DNA from: Candidatus Dojkabacteria bacterium
GTDB lineage: Bacteria; Patescibacteriota; Dojkabacteria; B142; OLB20
Assembly: GCA_035444565.1 (NCBI GenBank)
Contig: DAOMOX010000001.1
Location: 59,987-123,986 of the forward strand
DNA: 64,000 nt
Reading direction: 5' to 3'
The notes under the pieces are model-generated. The model was given only the letters and a program-made list of their open reading frames with translations, ran no database searches and had not been told where the DNA came from. Numbering within the stretch: position 1 is the first letter of the stretch; each line of letters opens with the position of its first letter. The position numbers and the translations under genes are program-made. Of the stretch, positions 20,508 to 30,862 are shown piece after piece.

Positions 20508-23500
20508 GTGGCAGTAGTAATAACACAAACAGCCAATCCAGCAGGAGTTAACACATCCTCAAATGTAGCCACATACTCTAGCGTAGCCATTGGAGCTGCG
20601 GCAGCGAATAGAATAGTAGTAGTCTTGGTTGGCTCTGAATTAGCCTCAGCCTCGATAAACTCCGTAACGCTTGGTGGAAACGCCATGAGTGCTGGTACTC
20701 AGGGCAATTTTGGTGCAGTATACGCAAGAGCATTCTATTTAGCCTACCCAACAGGAACGACTGCCGACATCGTTGTTACTTACGGAGCAGGGGCAACAAG
20801 CACACAAAACCATATTGCAGTATATAGCGTAACTGGTGGGGTTTATTCTGCTACTGGAGCAGACCAGTCTAGCGATATGGACACAACCGATAGGCTAACT
20901 ACTGGTGCAATAACAATAGCCTCAGGTGGGGGGTTTATTGCAATTGCGGCAGGTGCTACTGATACTGCTGCCAAGACGTGGGCAAATGCTACTGAGGACC
21001 TTGACGTGGATGCGGGGGGTTTTAGGTTTACGACAGCTACTAGGACAACCGCTCTTACCGCTACTGCGGTTACGTGTACTGGTGGTACTAACGGAGAGGA
21101 TGGTGCATTATCTTATCTCCTCTTTACTGCAAATGTTTCCCCAACAGTTGCACTTAACAGTCCAGCAGATACTGCTACAATAACAGACACTACTCCCGAA
21201 TTGATATTCACAGGAACGGATACTGAGAGTAACGATATAAGGTATAACGTGCAGGTGGATACGGTTAATACGTTTGATAGCCTAGGTGGTGCTGAAGATG
21301 CCCTGTACCTAAATGATAATGGAAACCTAAACGCCTCACCTCTTTCAACTTATACCAACGGAATGTCTTTCTTTTGTTGGGTTCAATTAGAAACATTAAG
21401 TAGGTATCATTTAATATGGTCGAATGGTAGAGGTGGCGACTATGGGGAGGGGTATGAATTTTATATTACGTCTGGTGACAACTCTCTTATCATAGGGTTA
21501 TCCTATATTGGTGGTCATAGCTCTTCATTGTCCATAACAGATACAGATTGGCATTTTGTGGGTTTTACAAGAAATTCTGGTACGTGGACACTATATCTTG
21601 ATGGGTCGTCAGAGGTTGTTGGGACTGGAAACCCATACTCTATAAATGGTGCGAATTCCAAAAGTATGATAGGTGGTTACAATGATGCAGGGACACCTGT
21701 TAGTGAGTTCAAGGGTTCTATTGCTAGGGTTGGATATTGGGAAAGAGTTCTAAGTGGGGGGGAAATAGCAGGCCTTTACGCAGGTGCGTTAGTTTCAACG
21801 CTTTCCTCTAACTTGGTAATTGACTGCCAACTAGATGATAGTGCCAATTTTGGTGTTAATGATGGCTCTGCTGGGGACTTCACAGAAAGTGGTACTTTAA
21901 CAGAGGACACGCTTGGCTTTGATGCAGTAGGCGGTGGACCGTTAATTGATGCAGTCTCTGGTACAGATGCGGGGTTTCTGGACTCACCCGATGAAAGTGA
22001 TACAGACCCTTTCACCTCTGGAACTGCAGTTGCCTATACGGTTCAGTCGGCACTTGACCCCGATACTTATTATTGGAGGGTAAGAGGGCTTGACCCATCA
22101 GGTAGTAATTCGTATGGAGCATGGAGTTCTATTAGGAGCTTTACTATTACATCTGGAGAAACTGAAGTATCAATTACCAAAACCCTTGCATACAAAGTAC
22201 AACCATCAGTCTCTATTACTAAAACCATCGCTTATAGAATTAAAACGGATACTGCCATCACAAAGAATTTGGCTTATAGCATAGTAGATGAAATCTCAAT
22301 AACAAAAGGATTAACGTATGAAGTTATTGTAACCACAACGGAAACAATCCAAAAGGATGTTGACTACACAATTATTACCGATAGCTCAATTCAGAAAGGA
22401 TTAGAATACCAAGTTGTAACAAACGCACAAATACAGAAGGACCTGGATTATTTCATCAAGCTAGAAACATCTATTCAGAAGGATTTAGATTATACAATCC
22501 TTACCTCTGATAGTGTAGTAAAGGACCTGGAGTATATTATCATCATTACTGATAGTATAAACAAAGACCTGGACTATACAGTCCTTACGGAAGGATTAAT
22601 ACAGAAGAGTATGCTTTATGAGGTTGTGGTTACTGGAATTGAGAAGGTACAGGCAACGCTTGACTATACAGTAATTACAAGTACAACAATCCAAAAGGAC
22701 CTAGAGTATTTCATCACTACAGAAGGATTAATACAAAAAGACTTATCCTATAAAGTACAACCCTCAACAACAATAACAAAAGATTTAACTTATACAGTTG
22801 AATCTCAGCAGGATGTTACAAAAGACCTTGATTATCATATAGTAATTCCTAAACTTATACAGAAGGATGTAACTTACTTTATAAAAGGTTCTACAGGTAT
22901 TCAGAAAGATGCTGATTATTCGGTTATAACTACCATCGACCAGGACAAGGCATTAGATTATAGAGTCATAACTGAGGGTGATATACAAAAGGATGTAGAC
23001 TACTACATATCAATCACCACGAACGTAGAGAAAGATATCAATTATAACTTGCAAGTAAGTACAACTATTCAGAAGGGAGTTACCTACTCTATCGATGTCC
23101 CCTCAATAATAGTTCAGAAAGAACTTGACTATGCAATAGTAACAACAACAAGCACAACAACCGACCTTGATTATAATATTCTGCTTGAAAGCACTATTCA
23201 GAAAGATACTGATTATTCGGTTATGGGTAGTACAGCAATAACGAAAGGAATTGAGTATACAGTCATAGCACCACAATCAATTGAACAAGCCCTTCAGTAT
23301 ACAATCGCCATCACACCATCAGCTCTAGAGAAAGCACTTGAATATATCATTGTACAAAGGACCACTAAACAATATGAGTTGAGATATAGGGTAGATGCAC
23401 CTCATAGCATTTCTAAGGATTTAATGTATACTATCGGCGAAAAAATAGGGATATGGATAAAACATCCTGGAGAAAGTTCAGACTCATTCACAAAAGATGA

Positions 23501-23627
23501 AGGAGTATCAAGCACATACACTAAAACAGAATCTGTAACAGCGAGTAGTTATACAAAAGAAGAATCTGTAACACCTAGCATATATACAAAGACGGAGAAA
23601 GAATCGTCTTTATGGACCAAAATTTAG
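20508..23627 (+). CDS. Large tail-fibre or receptor-binding-like protein: A/T/G-rich N-terminal region, LamG/concanavalin-like domain, and ~40 tandem 15-aa repeats (consensus IQKDLDYxIxTxxxx)
   Basis: GTG start. The 20.5-22.1 kb stretch is clearly more GC-rich than its surroundings. LamG-like block 'WHFVGFTRNSGTWTLYLDGS...SIARVGYWERVLSGGEI'. The repeat array spans ~22150-23400. Confidence 0.65.
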   Translation: MAVVITQTANPAGVNTSSNVATYSSVAIGAAAANRIVVVLVGSELASASINSVTLGGNAMSAGTQGNFGAVYARAFYLAYPTGTTADIVVTYGAGATSTQNHIAVYSVTGGVYSATGADQSSDMDTTDRLTTGAITIASGGGFIAIAAGATDTAAKTWANATEDLDVDAGGFRFTTATRTTALTATAVTCTGGTNGEDGALSYLLFTANVSPTVALNSPADTATITDTTPELIFTGTDTESNDIRYNVQVDTVNTFDSLGGAEDALYLNDNGNLNASPLSTYTNGMSFFCWVQLETLSRYHLIWSNGRGGDYGEGYEFYITSGDNSLIIGLSYIGGHSSSLSITDTDWHFVGFTRNSGTWTLYLDGSSEVVGTGNPYSINGANSKSMIGGYNDAGTPVSEFKGSIARVGYWERVLSGGEIAGLYAGALVSTLSSNLVIDCQLDDSANFGVNDGSAGDFTESGTLTEDTLGFDAVGGGPLIDAVSGTDAGFLDSPDESDTDPFTSGTAVAYTVQSALDPDTYYWRVRGLDPSGSNSYGAWSSIRSFTITSGETEVSITKTLAYKVQPSVSITKTIAYRIKTDTAITKNLAYSIVDEISITKGLTYEVIVTTTETIQKDVDYTIITDSSIQKGLEYQVVTNAQIQKDLDYFIKLETSIQKDLDYTILTSDSVVKDLEYIIIITDSINKDLDYTVLTEGLIQKSMLYEVVVTGIEKVQATLDYTVITSTTIQKDLEYFITTEGLIQKDLSYKVQPSTTITKDLTYTVESQQDVTKDLDYHIVIPKLIQKDVTYFIKGSTGIQKDADYSVITTIDQDKALDYRVITEGDIQKDVDYYISITTNVEKDINYNLQVSTTIQKGVTYSIDVPSIIVQKELDYAIVTTTSTTTDLDYNILLESTIQKDTDYSVMGSTAITKGIEYTVIAPQSIEQALQYTIAITPSALEKALEYIIVQRTTKQYELRYRVDAPHSISKDLMYTIGEKIGIWIKHPGESSDSFTKDEGVSSTYTKTESVTASSYTKEESVTPSIYTKTEKESSLWTKI

Positions 23628-23643
23628 CTCTTAAAATAAAATA

Positions 23644-25461
23644 ATGGCAGAAAAACAATCAAGTTTCATTCAGGTTAAGAATATCAATTCGGGAGGAATT
23701 GCAGAAAGTATTTTTCAGGGACCACCTAATTCAGTTGCTGAGGCAGTTGGACTAGATCTTCATTCAGTTCCTGGAGAAATTAGAGTCAATCAAGCACCAG
23801 TTAAAGCAAGTAGTACAGTTGTTACAGAGTTTTGTAAGGTGTCAATTGCACTATCAACTGGACAAGTATTATTCTTCAGTAGTTCATCAGGGAAGATATG
23901 GTTAGAAGGTAGTCCTTATACCCTACTCGATACAACAGCCCCTACAAATGGTAGTGCAGGATGTAGCGGAGCTTGTGAGTATGATGGTTATCTATATTGG
24001 GCTACACAAAACTATATTCATAGGATAAGAATAGATAAGATAGCTACATTCTCTACAGACAAAGAGGAGAATTGGGGAGAGTTACATCTAGACCAGGAAG
24101 AAATGGGAGGGACTGGACAGTCATACACTCTTCAAACATCAGTTAATGAGGGAGAAACACATAAAATCCCGATTAATTTCCATGAAAGAATACAGTATGG
24201 AATTGGAATACAGGTATTGGCTAAAGGTACTGGAGACTGGACAATAACACTTCATGATGAAGATAACAACTCTATCACCTCTAAAACAGTTACAAATGCT
24301 AGTTTAGCTAATGGATGGAATTATTTACTTTGGACTACTCAGCTAACAGTTGATAGAAGTTTGAATTATCACATACACATACATTCAACTGTAGCGGATG
24401 GGACAATGAACACACTAACAGGGAATGATTTAGCACAAGGGAGTGTGAAGATTTTCACATTAGGGGACCCCGATTATCATCAAATGAAGATACAGAATCA
24501 AACCCTATACCTTGCAGATAGACATTACATTCACCAAGTGGGAGAGAATGAGGGAGTACATATATTCACTAATTGGGCGTTGGACCTTACAGAACCTCAT
24601 AGGATTAAATGTTTAGGTAAATCCCCTGGAACAGACTTAATAATAGGAACTCATGTAGACAACGGAGTAGAAGAGGTACAAGTGGCGGTATGGGATACAT
24701 TCTCTGAGGCACCAATATTCATTGACCCAGTAAAAGAAAGATCTATTCATACATTCCTAGAGCTTGATAATGGATTATTAGCAATAGCAGGTGATAGGGG
24801 TAGAGTATACGAATACAACAATTATAGACTACAGAAGAGAAAGTCTATTCCTGGAGAATATTCACCATCAAAGTATGTAACAGTTCATCCTGAGGCAGGT
24901 ACAGTATTAGATGGTTTGCCAATATGGGGAGTATCTAATGGGACAGGTAATCCATGCAAACAAGGGGTTTACAGTTATGGAAGTAAAAATCCAGCCTATC
25001 CATTCATACTAAATCTTGAGTTTGTAATATCCGAAAGGAGTGGAAGTGATTTTGTTACTAGTAATATCGAGATAGGAAGTTTACTTGCTAAAGGAAACGA
25101 CTTGTACATAACATGGAAAAATGGCTCCTCTTATGGTGTAGACAAGCTAGATTATAATACTAAACTCAACGGAGCCTATTTTACTACACGAGCATTATTC
25201 ATCAGTAGAATCTATAGAGATGTATTCAAAAATATATATCTACCCTATAAATCACTACCTGCTAATACAAACATAGGAGTACAGAAGAGTATCCGATATG
25301 GTTCATATTCTAGCTGGAATGATGTTCGTAACGACACCGACAACTACATGATGGTTAGCCACAACGAAGAGAAGGCTAATATTATGCAGATTAAAGTTTC
25401 ATTTACAACAAGTGGGAACAATGCCCCCATACTTGAAGAATTATTAGTTGAAATAGCATGA
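23644..25461 (+). CDS. hypothetical virion or tail-associated protein (605 aa)
   Basis: Long ORF in the same operon. Confidence 0.5.
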   Translation: MAEKQSSFIQVKNINSGGIAESIFQGPPNSVAEAVGLDLHSVPGEIRVNQAPVKASSTVVTEFCKVSIALSTGQVLFFSSSSGKIWLEGSPYTLLDTTAPTNGSAGCSGACEYDGYLYWATQNYIHRIRIDKIATFSTDKEENWGELHLDQEEMGGTGQSYTLQTSVNEGETHKIPINFHERIQYGIGIQVLAKGTGDWTITLHDEDNNSITSKTVTNASLANGWNYLLWTTQLTVDRSLNYHIHIHSTVADGTMNTLTGNDLAQGSVKIFTLGDPDYHQMKIQNQTLYLADRHYIHQVGENEGVHIFTNWALDLTEPHRIKCLGKSPGTDLIIGTHVDNGVEEVQVAVWDTFSEAPIFIDPVKERSIHTFLELDNGLLAIAGDRGRVYEYNNYRLQKRKSIPGEYSPSKYVTVHPEAGTVLDGLPIWGVSNGTGNPCKQGVYSYGSKNPAYPFILNLEFVISERSGSDFVTSNIEIGSLLAKGNDLYITWKNGSSYGVDKLDYNTKLNGAYFTTRALFISRIYRDVFKNIYLPYKSLPANTNIGVQKSIRYGSYSSWNDVRNDTDNYMMVSHNEEKANIMQIKVSFTTSGNNAPILEELLVEIA

Positions 25462-25730
25462 AAATAATTAATAACAAAGTGTTTACTGATATTGGAGATT
25501 TCAATCCGATGGAGAGGGACCAGGACATTCAGTCAGGGGACCAGAACAATTTCCTTTCAAACACAAGAAAGCTAACGATTGGAGAGGGTTCAGCAAGTAT
25601 TAAGATGGGAAAAGAGGGTTTATGGAGTGGTAGTAGAACGTTTATTACAGCACCATTCAGGATGGATATAAACGGAAACATGACCTGGAATGATGGTACT
25701 ACAGATAGAATGTATATCGGACGGGTTTGA
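25458..25730 (+). CDS. hypothetical protein
   Basis: 90-aa ORF with an ATGA overlap onto the upstream gene. Confidence 0.4.
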   Translation: MKIINNKVFTDIGDFNPMERDQDIQSGDQNNFLSNTRKLTIGEGSASIKMGKEGLWSGSRTFITAPFRMDINGNMTWNDGTTDRMYIGRV

Positions 25731-25795
25731 AAAGGTTCAAAAGTATTTGAAAGTCTTTAGGACTGTTAAGGACTGTTAAGGACAACTTACAAAAC

Positions 25796-27919
25796 ATGAA
25801 TGAGTTCAAAATAGAAACAGGTACAATAACGCTATCAGATACTATCGATAATGGGATAGAGCAAACTATCACGTTCAAATTCCATTACGTAGACCCTATC
25901 ATAGTGGCATATATCGCTACTAGAAATAATGGAGAATCTATTGATGTTAGAGTTCATGATGTAACAAGTAACAGTTGTAAGATTTATACTCAAGAACCTA
26001 GCCTCGGTACACATGGGACCGAAGATATTAATTACATGATTGTAGAGGCTGGAGAGTGGACACTACCTTCAGGCAAGAAAATTAAAGCTGGAAAAACTTC
26101 AACACAACATCAACATTACTCAGGAAATTCTTATTTAGGGGATAAAATTACATTTTCAGATGCATTTTCAACAGCTCCAGTAGTGATACACCAAATTTCG
26201 AGCCAAAATAGCCCTAATTTCTGTAGTAGTGCCATATTGAGTATTGCATCAACTGGTTTTGAAATAACACAAGAAAAAGGCGGTACAGCTACCGACCTTT
26301 CAGTAGAAACTATAAATTGGATTGCATTTGAGAATACTGGAGGAAATTTTGTGTTTGATCATGGACAAACTGTAAAAATGGAAGTTGACGTTGAGAACAA
26401 TGGATTTTCTGATGGTATAGATAATACTTATCATGAATACACTTTTACTAATACTTACACTTCCACCCCTTATGTAATAGCTAAGATGAATAGTTCTAAT
26501 GATACAGATGGAGCATGGAGTAGAGCCTCAGCTACAGCAACTAACACAACAAGGACAAGAGTATATGCTGAAGAGGACCAGGTGGGAGATAGTGAGAGGA
26601 GCCATAATGACGAGAGTTTCGGGTTCGTTGTTTTCTCTAAACATATTGCATGGAGAGATTGCCTTTCATCTAATGGGTTTAAGATGGAAGTAGGACAAGT
26701 AAATAGTGAGGGTTCGATATACGACCACTCGGTGTTTGTAGAGTTCCAGAATAACTATATAAATCCAATAGTTGTAGCCTTTATTCAAACCAGGAATAAT
26801 ACAGGTTCAATGATAGTTCAAACACTTATAGATGATAGTTTAGAGGGCTATCAGTTCGCCTCATTGTATCTTATCAATATGAGAGATGAAGTGGGTTTAA
26901 GTAAAGGCTTTATAGTAAACATTCAAAATGCTAGTGCATCCTTAGGAGCAAATGCTGAAAAGATTTCCTACATAGTGGTAGAGGCTGGAGACTGGACATT
27001 ACCCAATGGGTTACATATCCAAGCAGGAAAAGCATCTAGTTTAGAATACCATGAGACAGTAGAGGCTTATACAGGTACAACAATACCATTTTATAGCGCT
27101 TTCAGTTCTACCCCTATTCTATTACATAGTTGCGGTGCTAGTTGGTACACAAACGGAACTGTATTAGGTTTTGGAGTAACTACCACAAACTTCAAGTGTG
27201 TAATTGAGAAGGCTGGTTTAACAACATCAAACGGATATTCAGATGTTCCTTGTTATATGAATTGGATTGCTATTGATGATGCAAATGGTTCATTTACACT
27301 ACATGATTCTATTGACTTACTAATGGAAACAAAGAAAGGTTCTCCAGGTGTGAATTGTGGTGTAGATGATACTGCTTATGTTATCAATTATGCTAACACT
27401 TATAGTGTAGCCCCCATAGTAATTGCATCTCAAAATACTGGTAATGGTTCTGATGGTGGATGGGCGAGAGGTTCAGGTACAAACTCAACAACACAGTTCG
27501 GCATTTATTCAGAAGAGGACCAAATATCAGATAGTGAGAGGGCGCATACTAGCGAGACTTTCTCTTTTGTTGTTTTCGAGTCTACATTTAGTCTAGACCT
27601 TACAGAAGAAACTATCACACCTCCATTAGACTACACCATTAAAATATCCCTGGAAGGTAATTCCGTAAACAATGAGAATTTACCAGAGTATGCTCATGCG
27701 ATTATTGATAACAGACAAGCATTAAAAGAAGTTAGTTCAGGTTTATCAGACCAAGATATTGATATAGGTTATTCATTAGGGATGCCCCTTGCTATGTCCT
27801 TTACACGTTCAGGAAACTATAGGTTCGGATTAGTGGGTACAGAATTGGATATGTCCGACCTTCTAAGCCCCTCAGAAGGCTTTTATAGAATATTTTACAA
27901 TAACACTAAAACAGGATGA
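25796..27919 (+). CDS. Tail-fibre or adhesin-like protein with an internally duplicated A-B-A-B domain organisation
   Basis: A-type: 'PIIVAYIATRNNGESIDVRVHDV' and 'PIVVAFIQTRNNTGSMIVQTLIDD', each followed by 'IVEAGEWTLPSGKKIKAGK' or 'VVEAGDWTLPNGLHIQAGK'. B-type: 'DGAWSRASATATN...DQVGDSERSHNDESFGFVVFS' and 'DGGWARGSGTNST...DQISDSERAHTSETFSFVVFE'. Confidence 0.55.
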   Translation: MNEFKIETGTITLSDTIDNGIEQTITFKFHYVDPIIVAYIATRNNGESIDVRVHDVTSNSCKIYTQEPSLGTHGTEDINYMIVEAGEWTLPSGKKIKAGKTSTQHQHYSGNSYLGDKITFSDAFSTAPVVIHQISSQNSPNFCSSAILSIASTGFEITQEKGGTATDLSVETINWIAFENTGGNFVFDHGQTVKMEVDVENNGFSDGIDNTYHEYTFTNTYTSTPYVIAKMNSSNDTDGAWSRASATATNTTRTRVYAEEDQVGDSERSHNDESFGFVVFSKHIAWRDCLSSNGFKMEVGQVNSEGSIYDHSVFVEFQNNYINPIVVAFIQTRNNTGSMIVQTLIDDSLEGYQFASLYLINMRDEVGLSKGFIVNIQNASASLGANAEKISYIVVEAGDWTLPNGLHIQAGKASSLEYHETVEAYTGTTIPFYSAFSSTPILLHSCGASWYTNGTVLGFGVTTTNFKCVIEKAGLTTSNGYSDVPCYMNWIAIDDANGSFTLHDSIDLLMETKKGSPGVNCGVDDTAYVINYANTYSVAPIVIASQNTGNGSDGGWARGSGTNSTTQFGIYSEEDQISDSERAHTSETFSFVVFESTFSLDLTEETITPPLDYTIKISLEGNSVNNENLPEYAHAIIDNRQALKEVSSGLSDQDIDIGYSLGMPLAMSFTRSGNYRFGLVGTELDMSDLLSPSEGFYRIFYNNTKTG

Positions 27920-28464
27920 GTAATTATGCTATAAAAATATCACAACAGGGAAAGGATATACACCTTGCAGACTATAACGAATTACGTTTCACTTCTGAAT
28001 TTCCCGCTTTGAAGGTGGGGCAAAGTGGATATCATCAAGTATTACTTGCTAGACAAATAGATCCTACATTACAGATGACACCAGTTCTTTATGCTCAAGT
28101 AAAAATCCCTCACAATGTGGGAAAAACACCAATGTTCATAGCATATACACAACACCATACAATAGCGGAAACATCTACAAAAGTTGAGAGTTTCAAACAA
28201 TTCAGTTGGACCGACATACTAAGCATTGATGCAACATATGATTATATTGAAATTACAAATGAGTACAAAGCATACACCGATGATAAATATATCTACTTCA
28301 CCTGGACCATTACATCCCCTACTGATTTATACGAAAGATTAGACTTCTTTTACTTTATCTTTGAAGAACCACAAGCACAGAATGAATACAATATAGTTGG
28401 AGATGGATTTGCAGGTAATTCTATAGTTGGACAAGGCATAGTAGCAAAACCTTTTAATTCTTAA
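27916..28464 (+). CDS. hypothetical protein
   Basis: 182-aa ORF with an ATGA overlap. Confidence 0.45.
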   Translation: MSNYAIKISQQGKDIHLADYNELRFTSEFPALKVGQSGYHQVLLARQIDPTLQMTPVLYAQVKIPHNVGKTPMFIAYTQHHTIAETSTKVESFKQFSWTDILSIDATYDYIEITNEYKAYTDDKYIYFTWTITSPTDLYERLDFFYFIFEEPQAQNEYNIVGDGFAGNSIVGQGIVAKPFNS

Positions 28465-28473
28465 TATGTAAAA

Positions 28474-29232
28474 ATGAATATACCAGACCTAATAAGAGTA
28501 GCAGGAAATTATATTAGAACCTCTACTACTACAGCTTTTGATAATAATGATTTAACCTTTGATGTTTACGACCCTACAAAAATAGAAAGTGAAGGAGGAT
28601 TACTAGAGGTTCAATACGATGTCCCTCATAAGAGAGAAGTAGTATATGTAGTTTCCAAATCAGGGAATACATTAACTATTGCGGATGATGGAAGAGGATT
28701 ATATGGTACAAACGCACAGGACCATCCAGCCAATTCTAAGGTGAGAGATTTTTTTGTATCGGACCATATCAATCAATTTACTTCTACTGTATTAGGAATA
28801 ATATATCCTATTGGAAGTATCTATATATCCACTAACTCATCATTACCAACTTACATATCAGCATTGGGTACTTGGACAACATTCGGGGCAGGAAGAGTTT
28901 TAGTAGGTAGAGATAGTGGAGATACAGACTTTGACACCGCAGAAGAAACAGGAGGACAAAAGACAACACGACATGCCTATCCTATCACAGCATTAAATAG
29001 TAGCCAATTTCAAGACCCTGGAGCCGCATATTGGACCTCAGTTCGTGGAGATATCAATTCATACTTAACTGGTGGTGGTTCATCATCAGTATCATCACAA
29101 ACAGCAGTTAGAGGAGTTGGAGGTACAGGAGGGACAACTGGTACAGGGAATACAGAAGTTACACACGATAGATATACCGCAACCAACCTACAACCATATG
29201 TAGTAGTTTATATGTGGAAAAGAACAGCATAA
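28474..29232 (+). CDS. hypothetical tail-associated protein with a Gly/Ser/Thr-rich segment
   Basis: 252 aa, including 'GGGSSSVSSQTAVRGVGGTGGTTGTGNT'. Confidence 0.45.
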   Translation: MNIPDLIRVAGNYIRTSTTTAFDNNDLTFDVYDPTKIESEGGLLEVQYDVPHKREVVYVVSKSGNTLTIADDGRGLYGTNAQDHPANSKVRDFFVSDHINQFTSTVLGIIYPIGSIYISTNSSLPTYISALGTWTTFGAGRVLVGRDSGDTDFDTAEETGGQKTTRHAYPITALNSSQFQDPGAAYWTSVRGDINSYLTGGGSSSVSSQTAVRGVGGTGGTTGTGNTEVTHDRYTATNLQPYVVVYMWKRTA

Positions 29233-29702
29233 TGTTTGGAGCCAACATATCACAACTGAATAGCAACGTAAACGATGATAATTACCAGGATAAGGTATTC
29301 TCATCAATCAAGCCCTCATTTCTTATTAGAGGTAAAATCTCTATACCACTTACTACTTACGATACTGGAAACTATGCTCAGATTGTTTATACACACAATT
29401 ACGGATATATACCTAACGTGATGGTATTCACTCATACCATGTCAGATAAGTATATCAACATACCTTCAACATGGGGAGAATATTATAATGATCCAGAAGG
29501 GTTAGTAATTGTATCTACTGAAGAGAGTTTCAATTGTTTTGCAGATTCTGTAGCGGTATACATAGAGGCTAGAGTTCATAGATTAGGTTTATATAGAGAG
29601 TTCAATTGGGACACTATGGTGTGGGACGAAACACCAGTAGATGAATACATAATCTATGATTATATGTTTGAGTTAATACTTTCAATGGAGGAGGTCAGTT
29701 AG
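29214..29702 (+). CDS. hypothetical protein
   Basis: 162-aa ORF, the last gene of the plus-strand block. Confidence 0.45.
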   Translation: MEKNSIMFGANISQLNSNVNDDNYQDKVFSSIKPSFLIRGKISIPLTTYDTGNYAQIVYTHNYGYIPNVMVFTHTMSDKYINIPSTWGEYYNDPEGLVIVSTEESFNCFADSVAVYIEARVHRLGLYREFNWDTMVWDETPVDEYIIYDYMFELILSMEEVS

Positions 29703-29719
29703 GTTTAGCAACGAGTCCA

Positions 29720-29741
29720 ATAAGGGTACCCTTATTTTTTA
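29720..29741 (+). terminator. Rho-independent terminator (ATAAGGG-ta-CCCTTAT followed by a T6 run)
   Basis: Perfect 7-bp stem, 2-nt loop and T-tract, 18 nt after the stop of the last plus-strand gene. It is embedded in the 'aggtttagcaacgagtccaa' boundary element. Confidence 0.7.
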
Positions 29742-29814
29742 CCCTCTGAACGCATTGTGGGGAGTTTATTTAGCCCCTAGAAACGGTTCACCTATCCTAG
29801 TTGATACTTCCTAT

Positions 29815-30771
29815 TCATGCCTCACTATCCTGGTCATCAAAAGCAATTTGTTGTGGTTTCTTAAATTCTATATATTCTATTAAGTTGGTGATGACGTAAC
29901 TATTTAGAATTTTATTTTGATAGTCCTTTTTTTGCCTGATTTCTAAATCAACCTTTAAGACATCTTCATGAAATAACCTCAAGCTTCCATCTTTTAACTT
30001 ATTCAATAACTTTGGATCTTCAATGCTTGTTGGATAGAGAATACTTTCTCCCATATAAAAAGAGTATGCTTTGTCCTCACCAGAATACGAGCCTCGTTTT
30101 GGTTTTATATACACATTAGGGAGTTTTTGTACATTCTCTTCAACGTCTTCAAGAAGAATCTCCCCTAGATATGTCTCGAATATCTCTACATCTTGTTGTG
30201 TAACGGATAATCCACTTTCTTCACTTTCTTTATAGATTGACACTCTACTAGCATCGGGAAACCTTTTAAGAGGGATAATAACACTATTAAAATAATTAAC
30301 TTGAACTAGTGGAGACTGTACTAATCGGTGTTCCTCCATAGATACTTCAAATTTTCCTCCATCAGGCATTACATATTCAATTTTTCCGTTTTCTTTTTTG
30401 TGGAAGTTTGTTACCTTCCCTTTTGTGAACCTCAAGATGTTCATAACCCCTACTATGCCTTCTTTGGCATTAAGACCTAGGAAACTAAATAGCAACATTA
30501 AATCCTGTCCATCGCTATCTTTTAGATAGTTTAGAAGACTGCTTACAGGAGAATCTGGTTGAAAGACAAAATCGGTTATCCATGAACCCTCCCTAAATGG
30601 TTTGACCTTAACGTTAATTTTCTTGTCGTAACCCAAAATCTCTGCTGAAATCTTTATTAATTCCCCAAAACTCATTAGAATTGGTGCAATTTCAAATATA
30701 TCCACACCATTGTCGGGATCCACGCCATCTAGCCTGTATACATATTCAATTTTTTTATTATCACTAATCAT
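29815..30771 (-). CDS. hypothetical protein (318 aa)
   Basis: ORF downstream of the giant protein. Confidence 0.45.
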   Translation of the reverse strand: MISDNKKIEYVYRLDGVDPDNGVDIFEIAPILMSFGELIKISAEILGYDKKINVKVKPFREGSWITDFVFQPDSPVSSLLNYLKDSDGQDLMLLFSFLGLNAKEGIVGVMNILRFTKGKVTNFHKKENGKIEYVMPDGGKFEVSMEEHRLVQSPLVQVNYFNSVIIPLKRFPDASRVSIYKESEESGLSVTQQDVEIFETYLGEILLEDVEENVQKLPNVYIKPKRGSYSGEDKAYSFYMGESILYPTSIEDPKLLNKLKDGSLRLFHEDVLKVDLEIRQKKDYQNKILNSYVITNLIEYIEFKKPQQIAFDDQDSEA

Positions 30772-30862
30772 TGTTTGTTATAGGGTTTTAGGACAACTAA
30801 TATTTGTATACTACTATGTTAACTTCTATAAAGTATGAGGTCAATTAAGATTTCGACTAAAA

